64,000 nucleotides of DNA. Origin: Nanobdellota archaeon. Lineage in GTDB: Archaea > Nanobdellota > Nanobdellia > Pacearchaeales > GW2011-AR1. A program made the position numbers and the translations under genes. The DNA lies in contig JAUSIK010000013.1 in assembly GCA_030648155.1 (NCBI GenBank), positions 65,924-129,923 on the forward strand, given 5' to 3'. Below the pieces are notes generated by a model. It was not told the origin of the DNA. It did no database searches and saw only the letters and a program-made list of their open reading frames with translations. Every line of letters starts with the position of its first letter. The first letter of the stretch is position 1. This document shows positions 1 to 9,748 of the stretch, piece by piece.

Positions 1-511
1 TTTTAGAGGCTGAATTTTTAATTGCTGGTTTGAAAACCTCTCTTGGATGAATTAATGAGGCATCAAGAATTCCCTTACTAACTAATTGTTCTCCGATTAT
101 ATTATTTTTTGTGTCTAGCATGAGAATAAAGACATGCTCTTCTTTTTTGTCCTTTAATCTTTCATGGAAATAATCAAAAACATCCTTTGCACAGGATATT
201 TTTCTTCGATTTTTATTATTTGTTTGCTTTAATTGATTGTATCTTTTACCTAGCTCGGTCATTGCTAGGATCTGCATTGCTTTACTTGGCCCGATTCCCT
301 TTATTTTCTGAAGTTCTTTTAATGAACATTCAAAAAGTTTGTCCAGTTTATACTCACTTATTAATCTATTGGACATGTCCACAACATTTTCTCCAGGGGT
401 GCCAGTTCTTAGGATTATAGCCAACAATTCTGCATCGCTTAATGTTTCTGAACCGTATTTTAAGAATCGTTCTCTAGGCCGTCCATTCTCTGGAATGTCT
501 TTTATTTTCAT
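1..511 (-). CDS. RadC-like (UPF0758) protein, N-terminal part. The ATG lies at 509-511 on the minus strand and the ORF runs off the window start.
   Basis: Minus-strand translation gives MKIKDIPENGRPRERFLKYGSETLSDAELLAIILRTGTPGENVVDMSNRLISEY..., the typical RadC N-terminal HhH region. The plus-strand ORFs 187..420 and 339..554 are low-complexity antisense artefacts. Confidence 0.55.
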   Translation of the reverse strand, partial: MKIKDIPENGRPRERFLKYGSETLSDAELLAIILRTGTPGENVVDMSNRLISEYKLDKLFECSLKELQKIKGIGPSKAMQILAMTELGKRYNQLKQTNNKNRRKISCAKDVFDYFHERLKDKKEEHVFILMLDTKNNIIGEQLVSKGILDASLIHPREVFKPAIKNSASK

Positions 512-653
512 AATTACTATAAAATATCATTTATTAAAAAACTATTTAATCTAATCTAATAACGTATCTTTGAACTAGATGTTCTAAAATGCTGTTAATT
601 TTATATATTAGGTGTAAATCATTTACAGTAAAAAACATTTAAGGAGATTATAA

Positions 654-729
654 CGGGCCTACTAGGATTTGAACCTAGGACCTCATCCTCCGCAAGGATG
701 CGTTCTGATCCAGACTGAACTATAGGCCC
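654..729 (-). tRNA. tRNA-Arg (anticodon GCG)
   Basis: The reverse complement folds as a 76-nt cloverleaf. The acceptor stem is GGGCCTA/TAGGCCC, the anticodon stem CATCC/GGATG and the loop TTGCGGA. U33 is present and the T-loop is TTCAAAT. No CCA is encoded. Confidence 0.8.
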
Positions 730-765
730 TATAAAGTTAAAAGAAAAGAGTTTATAAGTTAATTG

Positions 766-1335
766 TTAGAAATGTTTATCTATGTCTTTTTTATATGAAT
801 GAATTTCTTCATCTTTAAACCAGACTTTTATCTCTTTATTTGCATTTTCTAAAGTGTCTGATGCATGAATAAGATTTCTTAAAACGCGTTTTTTATTATC
901 TGCCAATGAGTAGGACTCAATTGAAGCATAATCTCCGCGAATTGTTCCTGGAATAGCTTGTCTAGGTTCTGTTGCGCCCACCATTTTTCTTACTAACTCT
1001 ATAGAATGAGGACCTTCAATAACTAAGGCTACAATAGGGCCTTCTTTAAGGAAGGTGGTAAGCCAGCTTTGGATGGTTTTTCCTAGATCAATATGATCTT
1101 TATATTCCATCTTTTTATTTTCTTTATCATAGGCTTTCTTTGTTTTTTCAAATACATTTTTAGCCCATTCTTCATCGAGAGGATAGTGATTCAGAGCTTG
1201 TTTTTCATCACACCAAACCATTTTCATGGCTACTATTTTTAGGCCTGAATCTTCAAAACGAGAGATTATTTTTCCTGCTAGGCTTCTTTGTACTGCGTCG
1301 GGTTTCAATAATACTAAAGTTCTTTCCATTACCAT
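766..1335 (-). CDS. ndk: nucleoside diphosphate kinase
   Basis: N-terminus reads ERTLVLLKPDAVQR...GKIISRFE. The NDK active-site region NxxHASD is present as NLIHASD. A roughly 40-aa insertion is present. Confidence 0.85.
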   Translation of the reverse strand: MVMERTLVLLKPDAVQRSLAGKIISRFEDSGLKIVAMKMVWCDEKQALNHYPLDEEWAKNVFEKTKKAYDKENKKMEYKDHIDLGKTIQSWLTTFLKEGPIVALVIEGPHSIELVRKMVGATEPRQAIPGTIRGDYASIESYSLADNKKRVLRNLIHASDTLENANKEIKVWFKDEEIHSYKKDIDKHF

Positions 1336-1561
1336 GGGAAAGTTTGGATTAGAGGGGTTTTAAAGATTTTGGTATTTGCAGTTTTGTTTATTAAGTAATA
1401 ATTGATGAATAAGACTAGTCTAAAAAATAGAAGAGGGTTCATCATTCCCTCAAAAGAAAAGGATGGACAATTATTGGGGGTTCAACTCTTTGCCATTCCA
1501 CCAGCTAATTTTGATTGTTTTAAAGATCAAAATTAAGCAATAAAATAAAGACTAATGAATA

Positions 1562-1744
1562 TTAATACTTTTTTCTCAAGGTTTCCATAATTGAGAGGGC
1601 CATTGCAGAACTTATTATTCCTATCCCACTGAAAAACAGAGTATCATTAGGGTATAAAGTTCTTCCAATTAGAGTTAAGAGCAAGCCAAGTACAAATATA
1701 GTAAGAATGAATATTTCTTTAATCTTTTGTTTATTTGATTTCAT
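1562..1744 (-). CDS. small hydrophobic protein (two predicted TM segments)
   Basis: ORF only, with a hydrophobic composition. Confidence 0.25.
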   Translation of the reverse strand: MKSNKQKIKEIFILTIFVLGLLLTLIGRTLYPNDTLFFSGIGIISSAMALSIMETLRKKY

Positions 1745-1911
1745 AGTTATGATTATATGATGTGTCCTTTAAATTTATTTTGACTTGCTATGTTTTTTGA
1801 TTAATAGAGTAGACAACTCATTTTTAATAAACTTAGCAATAGTATAATTATTTAGATTTGCCCTTATCAATATTTGTCATAAATATTTTAACTATTTAGG
1901 AAAAAAGTAAA

Positions 1912-3393
1912 TTATTTTTTATAATAATTTTGATCTATTTTAATTAAACTGCAGTCTATATTGGAAGATTGCCAGAGATCTATTGATTGATGATAAGTAG
2001 TTTTTATATCAGTACAATGCCAGGAATAAAAAATTCTTGAAGGGTATTTTTGCATGAGGAGGATATTGTTTTCTGCATAACTATTAACGTATAAAACTGA
2101 ATTGTTAAAGTGGACATCATTTCTTGCTAAGTCTTTTGCTGGCATTTTTCCAGAACAAAGACCGCAATCTAGAAAAATTATGGCGTTTGAGATATTGTTA
2201 TTTTCAATATAATTGTAGATATAAGTCCTTTCATTTATTTCAGAAGATATTATATTAGAAAAAATTATTAAAAATAAAATGTTTAGGATAACAATTAGAG
2301 AAAAGACTAATTTTCTGTATTTTAGATTATTTATAGATAGGGATATTAAAGGAAAAAATGCGAATGAGGAGGAAAATAAATATCTTGGACCGTATTGATT
2401 TCCTGCTTCTTTTGCATAGAAAAAATAGACTAAAATAAATAATAGTATTATGGCAAGGAATAAATATATTCTAGAGTCATTTTTATTTCTTTTAAGGGAG
2501 AGAGGTATTAGGATTATTGAAAGAGGCACCCAAATTGAAAGTTGAATAAGTCTTAATAAGATATTGTTTTCAATAGCCCAGGAGAATGAATGGGTGTAGC
2601 CATTATTGAAGCCAAATGTATCTAGAGGGTTGTAGATAGAAAAAGGCATAATAAATGGACTGGAGGTTTGAAGGTAATTATAGGTTAGAAATAGAATGAA
2701 TGGGGCCGAGAATCCTATTAATGCTAATGAGATATTTTTCATTTTTTCTTTATTAGATGTGAATAAATAATGGATTAGAAGTGGAATGGAAAGTATTATG
2801 GCATCTAATGGGCGGATGTTTAGAAGTATGCCTATTGATAGGCCTATTATGATGGGATGAAGTTTGTTTGGATGATTTATATTTTTTAAATAAAAATATA
2901 CTGAAAGGGCTGAAAAAAATAATGCTGAAGGATGTGAAAAATAGGAGGCTGAATTAAATATTAGATAGGGGCTTGTTGAGGCAATAATCAAGGATGTCCT
3001 GGCTGTTTTTTCTGTAGATATTTGTTTTGTTATTAAATAGATCAAAATTAAAGTTAGTAGGAAAAAAATAAGATTGATTAAAAAAGGAAAATTAATAAGA
3101 ATTCCAATGGAGAGAAATAAAGGCCAGCCTAGAGGGTACTTACTGTAAAATTTTCCATCATTAATAATGTGAAAAAAATCGAAGAATTCTTTTTGTTCAG
3201 GAGAGGGGACTGATATTTTTCCTTCTGAAAGGGTTTTAGCAGATATTAAATAGGAGTATTCATCTGCAGAATTTGGGAAATCTTTAAGAGTCGATTGGTT
3301 AGTATAAATGGCTAGAACCAAAGAAAAAGTTAGAATACTAACTATAAATATTAAATTCCTCTTTTCTTTCATAAATAGTATTAATTTAAACAT
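1912..3393 (-). CDS. polytopic membrane glycosyltransferase, GT-C fold (PMT/ArnT-like)
   Basis: There are more than ten predicted TM helices. The N-terminal loop carries DE-containing motifs and FFDFFHIINDGKFYSKYPLGWP, which resembles GT39/GT83 family mannosyltransferases. Confidence 0.5.
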   Translation of the reverse strand: MFKLILFMKEKRNLIFIVSILTFSLVLAIYTNQSTLKDFPNSADEYSYLISAKTLSEGKISVPSPEQKEFFDFFHIINDGKFYSKYPLGWPLFLSIGILINFPFLINLIFFLLTLILIYLITKQISTEKTARTSLIIASTSPYLIFNSASYFSHPSALFFSALSVYFYLKNINHPNKLHPIIIGLSIGILLNIRPLDAIILSIPLLIHYLFTSNKEKMKNISLALIGFSAPFILFLTYNYLQTSSPFIMPFSIYNPLDTFGFNNGYTHSFSWAIENNILLRLIQLSIWVPLSIILIPLSLKRNKNDSRIYLFLAIILLFILVYFFYAKEAGNQYGPRYLFSSSFAFFPLISLSINNLKYRKLVFSLIVILNILFLIIFSNIISSEINERTYIYNYIENNNISNAIIFLDCGLCSGKMPAKDLARNDVHFNNSVLYVNSYAENNILLMQKYPSRIFYSWHCTDIKTTYHQSIDLWQSSNIDCSLIKIDQNYYKK

Positions 3394-3426
3394 TATATAA
3401 ATATTTAAAAATTACAGATTTGTATA

Positions 3427-3702
3427 TTGAGGATGCGAGATGTTTATTATTCTGCTTTGTTCAAAGTGAGGGGATTAATTGGAAATGTTAATAATGAAGA
3501 AAGGATTATAGATAATATTTTAAATTATTTAGAGAAAGATGCAGTTAGTGGAAAAGAAGAAAGAAATAATGAATTTAGAGAAGATTTAAGCAATGCTCTT
3601 AAAGGTTACAATGGGCCTTTTTATGATTGGTTTAAGAATAGGGAAAGAAGAGTTGAGGGTAGAGGTGAGATTTTTTTAGATATAATAGGTTATAGGGAAT
3701 AG
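3427..3702 (+). CDS. hypothetical protein
   Basis: ORF only. It sits immediately upstream of the UDG gene on the same strand. Confidence 0.3.
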   Translation: MRMRDVYYSALFKVRGLIGNVNNEERIIDNILNYLEKDAVSGKEERNNEFREDLSNALKGYNGPFYDWFKNRERRVEGRGEIFLDIIGYRE

Positions 3703-3709
3703 TTTTTAT

Positions 3710-4315
3710 TTGAGGTGGAAAATGAGTGAAAAGGAGAAATTATTAGAAGAGATAAAAAAAGAGACTCTCCAGGCGGATTTGCCTTTGAAAGAGGGAGCGA
3801 CTAATCTTGTATTTGGAAAAGGAAAGGGTGATGTTGAAATTTTATTTATTGGAGAAGCGCCCGGAAGGAACGAGGATTTGCAGGGGGTGCCTTTTGTTGG
3901 TGCTGCTGGAAAGAATTTAGATAAATTACTTCATGAAGTTGGATTGAGTTTGGATGATGTTTACATTGCTAATATATTGAAGTATAGGCCTCCGGAAAAT
4001 AGGGGCCCATTACCTTCTGAAATTAAAGCACATACGCCCTATTTACTCAAGCAAATTAAAGCAATAAGGCCTAAAGTTATTTGTTCATTAGGAAATTATG
4101 CTACTAAGTTTTTCTTGGCTGGAACAGATGTTGATAAAATGAATGAACAGGAAGGAATTACTAAAATACATGGAAAACCAAGGGAGATTGAACTTGATGG
4201 AATGAAACTAAAATTAATTCCTTTGTTTCATCCTGCAGCGATAATTTATAATAGAAGTTTAATTGCGGAATGGGAAAAAGATTTAGAGATTGTTAAGAAA
4301 GAAATTGGGAAGTGA
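3710..4315 (+). CDS. uracil-DNA glycosylase, family 4
   Basis: Carries the family-4 UDG motifs GEAPGRNEDLQGVPFVGAAGKNLD and FHPAAIIYN, and is about 200 aa. Confidence 0.85.
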   Translation: MRWKMSEKEKLLEEIKKETLQADLPLKEGATNLVFGKGKGDVEILFIGEAPGRNEDLQGVPFVGAAGKNLDKLLHEVGLSLDDVYIANILKYRPPENRGPLPSEIKAHTPYLLKQIKAIRPKVICSLGNYATKFFLAGTDVDKMNEQEGITKIHGKPREIELDGMKLKLIPLFHPAAIIYNRSLIAEWEKDLEIVKKEIGK

Positions 4316-4320
4316 ATTTA

Positions 4321-4836
4321 CTATACTCCCAATATTTCTTCGCATTTATTTATAAAACTGTAAGCATCTTTCTTGATTTTCTCTGCAATTTCTTTTGATG
4401 TTTGTTTTGTTACACTATATTGTGCAATTTCTCTTTTATTTTTTGCATCAGCTAATTTTTCTAATTCTTCTTTTTGAAAATGTGCATTTTTTATTAACAT
4501 TAAATCTTTTTGATTTAATTGCTTCTTTTTAACAAAATATTCTTCCAGAATCATAAGGGTAGCGGCGTGATTTTTGCTTCTAAAACCAATACTTGCTATT
4601 AAAGAAAGGGCAGCAGTGTACAAAGCATAATATCCTGTAATAGCTACCCACTCATTGGAATTATAATCAGAAGGTATTTGAAGCAAGATTCTTGCTTTTT
4701 TATTATTTAAGTTGGAAAGAATGCCCATAGTTATAAGATTATTTTTTGCTTTGTCCAAATATTTTTTAGTTAAAGAAATTACAGTTTTGTCTTTTACAAT
4801 TTTGCCTTTCTTCAAATAAAATTCAATTTTTCTCAT
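4321..4836 (-). CDS. HEPN-domain protein, the partner of the upstream MNT
   Basis: All-helical and about 170 aa. It overlaps the 3' end of the nucleotidyltransferase gene by 14 bp, the classic MNT-HEPN operon order. Confidence 0.55.
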   Translation of the reverse strand: MRKIEFYLKKGKIVKDKTVISLTKKYLDKAKNNLITMGILSNLNNKKARILLQIPSDYNSNEWVAITGYYALYTAALSLIASIGFRSKNHAATLMILEEYFVKKKQLNQKDLMLIKNAHFQKEELEKLADAKNKREIAQYSVTKQTSKEIAEKIKKDAYSFINKCEEILGV

Positions 4837-5479
4837 CTTTATACATCCAATAGTAAAATGTATCTTCTCCCTTGAATACTATCCCATACATTTTTAAGTC
4901 ATTCCATAATTCAAGATTATCTTTTTTTATATTCGGAAATTCATCTGGAGATAATATGATTGGAGCAAACTCTAGATTATATTTATATTTGAGTGATTTA
5001 ACAAAATGTTCTATTTCTTTATTTTTAGTTGACACACAAATAATGTCAACATCGCTTTGGTTTGATTCTGTTCCCTTAGAATAGCTCCCGAATAATACGA
5101 CCATCCAAATATGGTGATTATTCATAATCTCTTTTATTGCATTATACACTATTTTATTTTTTTTCATAAAATCTATTTCTCTTTGCAGCATATAATGATC
5201 AAATCCTGTTTCTGAATATAAGTGATCCATGTCTAAAAAATATACAAGAGTTTTTCCTTTTTTATCTTCTTTCACAATTTTTTTATCAGCCATGGATTTT
5301 AAAGTAGAGTTAACCCTCTCATAAGAATAATAATTATCTAATCTTTCAATTATTTCCTTAATAGTCATATCTTTGCCTTCTGGGAAAAATGAACTTATTA
5401 CAGCCCCCTCTAGAAAAGATAATTCCATTTTCCCAAAGGACCCAAAGCCTATTTTCTGTTTTCTTTCTATTTTAGTCAT
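4823..5479 (-). CDS. minimal nucleotidyltransferase (MNT, pol-beta superfamily) with an N-terminal extension
   Basis: Carries the GS...D.D nucleotidyltransferase signature as MVVLFGSYSKGTESNQSDVDIICV. Confidence 0.7.
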   Translation of the reverse strand: MTKIERKQKIGFGSFGKMELSFLEGAVISSFFPEGKDMTIKEIIERLDNYYSYERVNSTLKSMADKKIVKEDKKGKTLVYFLDMDHLYSETGFDHYMLQREIDFMKKNKIVYNAIKEIMNNHHIWMVVLFGSYSKGTESNQSDVDIICVSTKNKEIEHFVKSLKYKYNLEFAPIILSPDEFPNIKKDNLELWNDLKMYGIVFKGEDTFYYWMYKDEKN

Positions 5480-5611
5480 TTCATATCTATTGAATTTTCA
5501 ATAATATTATTGAATTTTCAGTATTTAAGTTTTTTGGTTTTGATTGATGGATTGAGAGAGGTTATATTGGAAGATAATAATGTTTATAAGATAATTGGGA
5601 TATAAATTTAA

Positions 5612-6076
5612 ATGTTGGTTAAAAAACCAGTTATTGAAAAGGATTTGAGAAAGACTCTAAATTCAAATATTGACTATAAATTTAGATATAAAGAAGGGGA
5701 TAACTTAGAGAGTGCGATTAAAGAAGTATTAGCCGATAGAGATATATTTACATTTTTTGCATTGTTCTTTAAACCTAGACAAGGTTTGAAATTAGGGAGC
5801 ATGGGTTATCTCGATGATTCTGTCCGAGTTGAACAGCATTACGGGCTAATGCTAGATTTCGAAAACCTTCCAAGAAGGTTAAAATTATTTATGTATGAAA
5901 CAACTAGCCCATCTTATCCAAATCGGGAGATAGAAGTTAATTATGTTTGGGACTTAAATAATGGTGAAAGACAGCTTAATGTTGAGACATTTATTGAACA
6001 AGTGAATGAAACTTTAAGATATCCAAGAAAATATTTAGTTGAACTAAATGAAGGATTTAGGATAGAGTCTTCTTAA
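5612..6076 (+). CDS. hypothetical protein
   Basis: ORF only, lying between two toxin-antitoxin modules. Confidence 0.3.
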   Translation: MLVKKPVIEKDLRKTLNSNIDYKFRYKEGDNLESAIKEVLADRDIFTFFALFFKPRQGLKLGSMGYLDDSVRVEQHYGLMLDFENLPRRLKLFMYETTSPSYPNREIEVNYVWDLNNGERQLNVETFIEQVNETLRYPRKYLVELNEGFRIESS

Positions 6077-6181
6077 TTGAAGGTCAAAAAGGTATAAAAT
6101 TTAATTCGTTGCTTTCTTTGAGAAAAATTCAGTTTTTTATAATCTAAAAGTTTATATAGGTTTTATCGTTAATATATTAAT

Positions 6182-6445
6182 ATGGCAGAAAAGATAGAAA
6201 TCGATATTATTATTTATCCTGAAGGAAAAGGAAAAGATAAAGTTTATAGCATTAGCTCTATGCAAGTCCCTAATGTGGCAACACAAGGGGATTCTATTGA
6301 AGAGGCCAAAAGCCGTTTAAGAGAGGCATTAGAGCTTTATTTTGAGTCTGCTCCCTGGGAACGTGAAAGATTAATGAAGATAGAAGAAGAGGAAGAAAAC
6401 GATAATAATGCTCCGATGATTAGTAGATTAGTTTTAGTATCTTAA
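6182..6445 (+). CDS. hicB: HicB-like antitoxin (UPF0150 fold)
   Basis: Sequence EIDIIIYPEGKGKDKVYSISSMQVPNVATQGDSIEEAKSRLREALELYFE matches the HicB/UPF0150 pattern. It overlaps the HicA-like ORF convergently. Confidence 0.55.
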   Translation: MAEKIEIDIIIYPEGKGKDKVYSISSMQVPNVATQGDSIEEAKSRLREALELYFESAPWERERLMKIEEEEENDNNAPMISRLVLVS

Positions 6446-6682
6446 TAGTTCATTCAATTCTTCAATAATTTCTTTAGAGACTCCTACCTCATTACATGCA
6501 GACAGAAGGTTTTGTCTTATAATATTAGTTGGCTTTTTTACATTTACCAGAACAATCGGTCTTCTTAGAGGCGGATTTTTATTTACGATAATATGATCTC
6601 CACGCATTCTTTGAATAAAGAATCCTTCTTTACTTAGAATATTCACCACTTTTTGCACGATGGGTTTAAGCCTGTATTTCAT
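6434..6682 (-). CDS. hicA: HicA-like mRNA interferase toxin
   Basis: 82 aa. KVVNILSKEGFFIQRMRGDHIIVNKNP resembles the HicA G(S/D)H core. Confidence 0.5.
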   Translation of the reverse strand: MKYRLKPIVQKVVNILSKEGFFIQRMRGDHIIVNKNPPLRRPIVLVNVKKPTNIIRQNLLSACNEVGVSKEIIEELNELLRY

Positions 6683-6754
6683 TTTTGTTTTTCTCTTTTT
6701 ATTATCAATTACTTGTCTTTTTAGAAACTATATCTTTATATTTCTTTTTGTGAC

Positions 6755-7849
6755 TTATTTTGATAAATTAGAATATTTAGTAGGATTTGTTCTTAAATTA
6801 TCTTCTGAAGTTTCCCAGCCAGCTAAGTTTTCTGAGGAATTTATTTTATCACCAAAGTAACTGGCTAGACGATAATATTTTTCAGGAGTTACTAGTTTTA
6901 GAGGAAGTTGATATTGTTCTACAAATAATTCTAATTTTTCTGCTTTATTCTTATCCTCTTTATTAGTTCTTATTTCATAAGCGTGAATTCTACCTCTTTT
7001 ATTTTTTACAATAAAATCTATTTGCAAGGAAGTTTTATCTGAATTGAAAATCGCCCTATACTTTTCAGGTACATCAAGATCAAATCTTTGATGAGGAAGG
7101 TATTCTCTACCCAGATAATGAAATATTCTAGCAATATTGGCCTCCCACATTGATTGAGTTTCTAATTGAATATCTCCCCTATAACCCTGGAATGTAGGCA
7201 ATCTATATCTAGAAAGATTATTTGGATTCAGACGTGCATCTCTTGTAGCTTCAGCTTGTCTCTTCCTAAATTCTTCATTTTCCCATAATTCTTTTGTACG
7301 TTCAGAATGTTTCCTTCTAAATTCTTCATCCTTCCATCTATCATTTAACATTTCTCTTAAACCTTCAGAATGTCTCTTCCTAAATTCTTCATCCTTCCAA
7401 TTTTTCTTTACTGCTTCAGCATTTCTCTTCCTAAATTCTTCATTTTCCCATAATTCTTTTGTACGTTCAGAATGTTTCCTTCTAAATTCTTCATCCTTCC
7501 ATCTATCATTTAACATTTCTCTTAAACCTTCAGCATTTCTCTTCCTAAACTCTTCATCCTTCCAATTCTCCCTTGTAGCCTCAGCATTTGTTTTGTTTGG
7601 AAGATTATATTGACGGAAAATTTTAGTTAAAGTAGGATGAGATGTTTTAGCCTCATTTGCGAGTAAGTTAATACTTTTATTACTATCTTGATGATAAAGA
7701 AATAGATTATCTACAATTGAGAGGGAAGGATCACCATACTTTCCATGCCATTCAGACAGGTTTTCTAAAGTTTTATCTGAAAAATTATCTTCGAGAGAGC
7801 TATCGCTATTCAAGAGGTATTCTATAAGGTTTTCTTTCTTAATAATCAT
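6755..7849 (-). CDS. repeat protein with an N-terminal HTH, tandem W.DEEFR.KHSE (NUMOD3-like) repeats, and a C-terminal domain that may be a nuclease
   Basis: A 55-aa unit is duplicated exactly, with the sub-repeat W[KE][DN]EEFR[RK][KR][HN][SA]E. An HSE.TKE motif recalls NUMOD3 DNA-binding repeats of homing endonucleases. An HTH-like segment SINLLANEAKTSHPTLTKIFRQ lies upstream. Confidence 0.45.
   Translation of the reverse strand: MIIKKENLIEYLLNSDSSLEDNFSDKTLENLSEWHGKYGDPSLSIVDNLFLYHQDSNKSINLLANEAKTSHPTLTKIFRQYNLPNKTNAEATRENWKDEEFRKRNAEGLREMLNDRWKDEEFRRKHSERTKELWENEEFRKRNAEAVKKNWKDEEFRKRHSEGLREMLNDRWKDEEFRRKHSERTKELWENEEFRKRQAEATRDARLNPNNLSRYRLPTFQGYRGDIQLETQSMWEANIARIFHYLGREYLPHQRFDLDVPEKYRAIFNSDKTSLQIDFIVKNKRGRIHAYEIRTNKEDKNKAEKLELFVEQYQLPLKLVTPEKYYRLASYFGDKINSSENLAGWETSEDNLRTNPTKYSNLSK
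7258..7590. repeat. two copies of a tandem direct repeat of about 165 bp inside CDS 6755..7849
   Basis: The unit tctcttcctaaattcttcattttcccataattcttttgtacgttcagaatg... occurs twice back to back with near-100% identity. Confidence 0.8.
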
Positions 7850-7963
7850 AAAGATGTTAAAAATAAGGGTTATTTAAAACTTTCTAATTTGATACTATTA
7901 TTTAGTGATAATTTAATGGCACTTTTTTGCCTTCCTAAAAAGATATAAAAACGAAGATTTTTA

Positions 7964-9748
7964 TTGGCTTGTATGGGATTGTTATGGAAGAATTTAAAGA
8001 AGTATAAGGGATTGCTTGTTTTAGCTTTAGTTTTGGCTACAATCAATCAGGTTTTTTCTTTGCTTGATCCTCAAATATTTAGATTAATTATAGACAATTA
8101 TGCCAGCAAAATTGGAGAGTTAGAAAGAGAGGAGTTTTTCAAGGGAATAGGGCTCTTACTTTTGGCATCAATAAGTGTGGCATTGATTTCTAGAATTGCC
8201 AAGAATTTTCAGGATTATACTGTGAGTTATATGACTCAAAAAATGGGTACACGAATGTATTCTCAAAGTGTGAATCATACTTTTTCTTTGCCTTATGAGG
8301 TTTTTGAAGATCAAAGATCTGGAGATTTACTGCAAAGACTGCAAAAGGCAAGAACTGACACACAAACATGGATTGCTAGTTTTATTAATGTTATTTATTT
8401 GTCTATAGTCGGCATTTTATTTGTCGTAATCTATGCTTTCAGTGTTCACTGGATGGTTGGGGCTACTTACTTCTTAATTGTTCCAATTTTGGGTGTATTG
8501 ACTTTTGTTTTGAGCAAGAGAATTAAAGAAGCTCAAAAGAAAATTGTTGCTGAAAGTGCTGCATTAGCTGGATCTACAACTGAAACTTTAAGAAATGTTG
8601 AACTTGTTAAAAGTTTGGGATTGGAAAGTCAGGAAATTGGAAGATTAAATGAAGTTAATGAAAAAATACTTAATCTTGAATTAAAGAAAATAGTTATAAT
8701 TAGAAAGATAAGTTTTATTCAAGGAACAATAATAAATTTGATGAGGGTCTGCTTGCTATTATTAATGCTTTGGCTTGTTTACACCAGGGGGATTACTTTA
8801 GGTGAATTCTTTAGTTTGTATATTTATTCATTCTTTATATTTTCACCGCTTGGTGAACTTGGAACTATTGCTGCTCATTATCAGGAAGCTAAAGCGAGCA
8901 ATGAAAAATTACAAGAGGTATTAAAGATGTCGCCACAGGAGAAACCTGTTTCTCCTAAAACTATTGAGAGTTTAAAATCTATAGAATTTAAGAATGTCGA
9001 GTTTACTTATAAAAGCGGAAGTAAACCTTCAGTTAGAAATTTAGGATTAAATTTGAAGGGTGGAGAAACTATAGCATTTATTGGACCTTCTGGAAGTGGA
9101 AAGACTACATTAATTAAACTTTTAGTAGGGTTGTATAGTCCGACAAAAGGGAAAATAAGTATAAATGGGAAAGATTCTAAAGAAATTGATTATGATGATT
9201 TAAGAAGGCGTGTAGGATTGGTTTCACAAGAGACTCAATTATTTGCAGGAACTTTAAGGGAAAATTTGCTTTTCGTAAATCCTAATGCGACGGATGAAGA
9301 GTGCATGCAAGTTTTGAAACTCGCTTCTATTACTGCATTACTTGAAAGAGGAGGAAATGGACTAGATACTAAAATTGGGGAGGGAGGGATTAAAATTTCA
9401 GGCGGGGAAAGACAGAGACTCGCAATTGCCAGGGCATTATTAAGAAATCCTGACTTGATTATTTTTGATGAGGCTACAAGTAGTTTAGATTCTATAACTG
9501 AAAAGGAAATCACAAAAACAATACAGAATATCATTAAGGCAAGGCCTAATTTGATGGTTGTATTAATCGCACATAGATTGTCCACAGTTATTCACGCAGA
9601 TGTAATTTATGTTTTAGAGAGAGGGAAAATTATTGAGAAAGGCACGCATAATGGCCTACTTAAGAAGAAAGGGCTGTATTATGCTTTGTGGAGACAACAA
9701 AGTGCGGTGGATAATGGGAAGGATAGTTTAAATGGGAAGAAAGTATAA
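7964..9748 (+). CDS. ABC transporter, fused permease and ATPase (exporter type)
   Basis: Six TM helices at the N-terminus. Walker A is GPSGSGKTT, the ABC signature is LSGGERQRLAIARAL and Walker B is IIFDEATSSLD. Confidence 0.9.
   Translation: MACMGLLWKNLKKYKGLLVLALVLATINQVFSLLDPQIFRLIIDNYASKIGELEREEFFKGIGLLLLASISVALISRIAKNFQDYTVSYMTQKMGTRMYSQSVNHTFSLPYEVFEDQRSGDLLQRLQKARTDTQTWIASFINVIYLSIVGILFVVIYAFSVHWMVGATYFLIVPILGVLTFVLSKRIKEAQKKIVAESAALAGSTTETLRNVELVKSLGLESQEIGRLNEVNEKILNLELKKIVIIRKISFIQGTIINLMRVCLLLLMLWLVYTRGITLGEFFSLYIYSFFIFSPLGELGTIAAHYQEAKASNEKLQEVLKMSPQEKPVSPKTIESLKSIEFKNVEFTYKSGSKPSVRNLGLNLKGGETIAFIGPSGSGKTTLIKLLVGLYSPTKGKISINGKDSKEIDYDDLRRRVGLVSQETQLFAGTLRENLLFVNPNATDEECMQVLKLASITALLERGGNGLDTKIGEGGIKISGGERQRLAIARALLRNPDLIIFDEATSSLDSITEKEITKTIQNIIKARPNLMVVLIAHRLSTVIHADVIYVLERGKIIEKGTHNGLLKKKGLYYALWRQQSAVDNGKDSLNGKKV

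Noticed and set aside
187-554. Plus-strand ORFs 187..420 and 339..554
   Set aside because: Low-complexity, Phe/Leu-rich and antisense to a clear RadC-like reading frame on the minus strand (1..511).
5487-5518. Direct repeat tattgaattttca x2 upstream of the MNT gene
   Set aside because: Too short to call a feature on its own. Mentioned only as a possible operator in the TA finding.
9235-9585. Minus-strand ORF inside the ABC transporter gene
   Set aside because: Fully embedded antisense to a strongly supported CDS with Walker and signature motifs.
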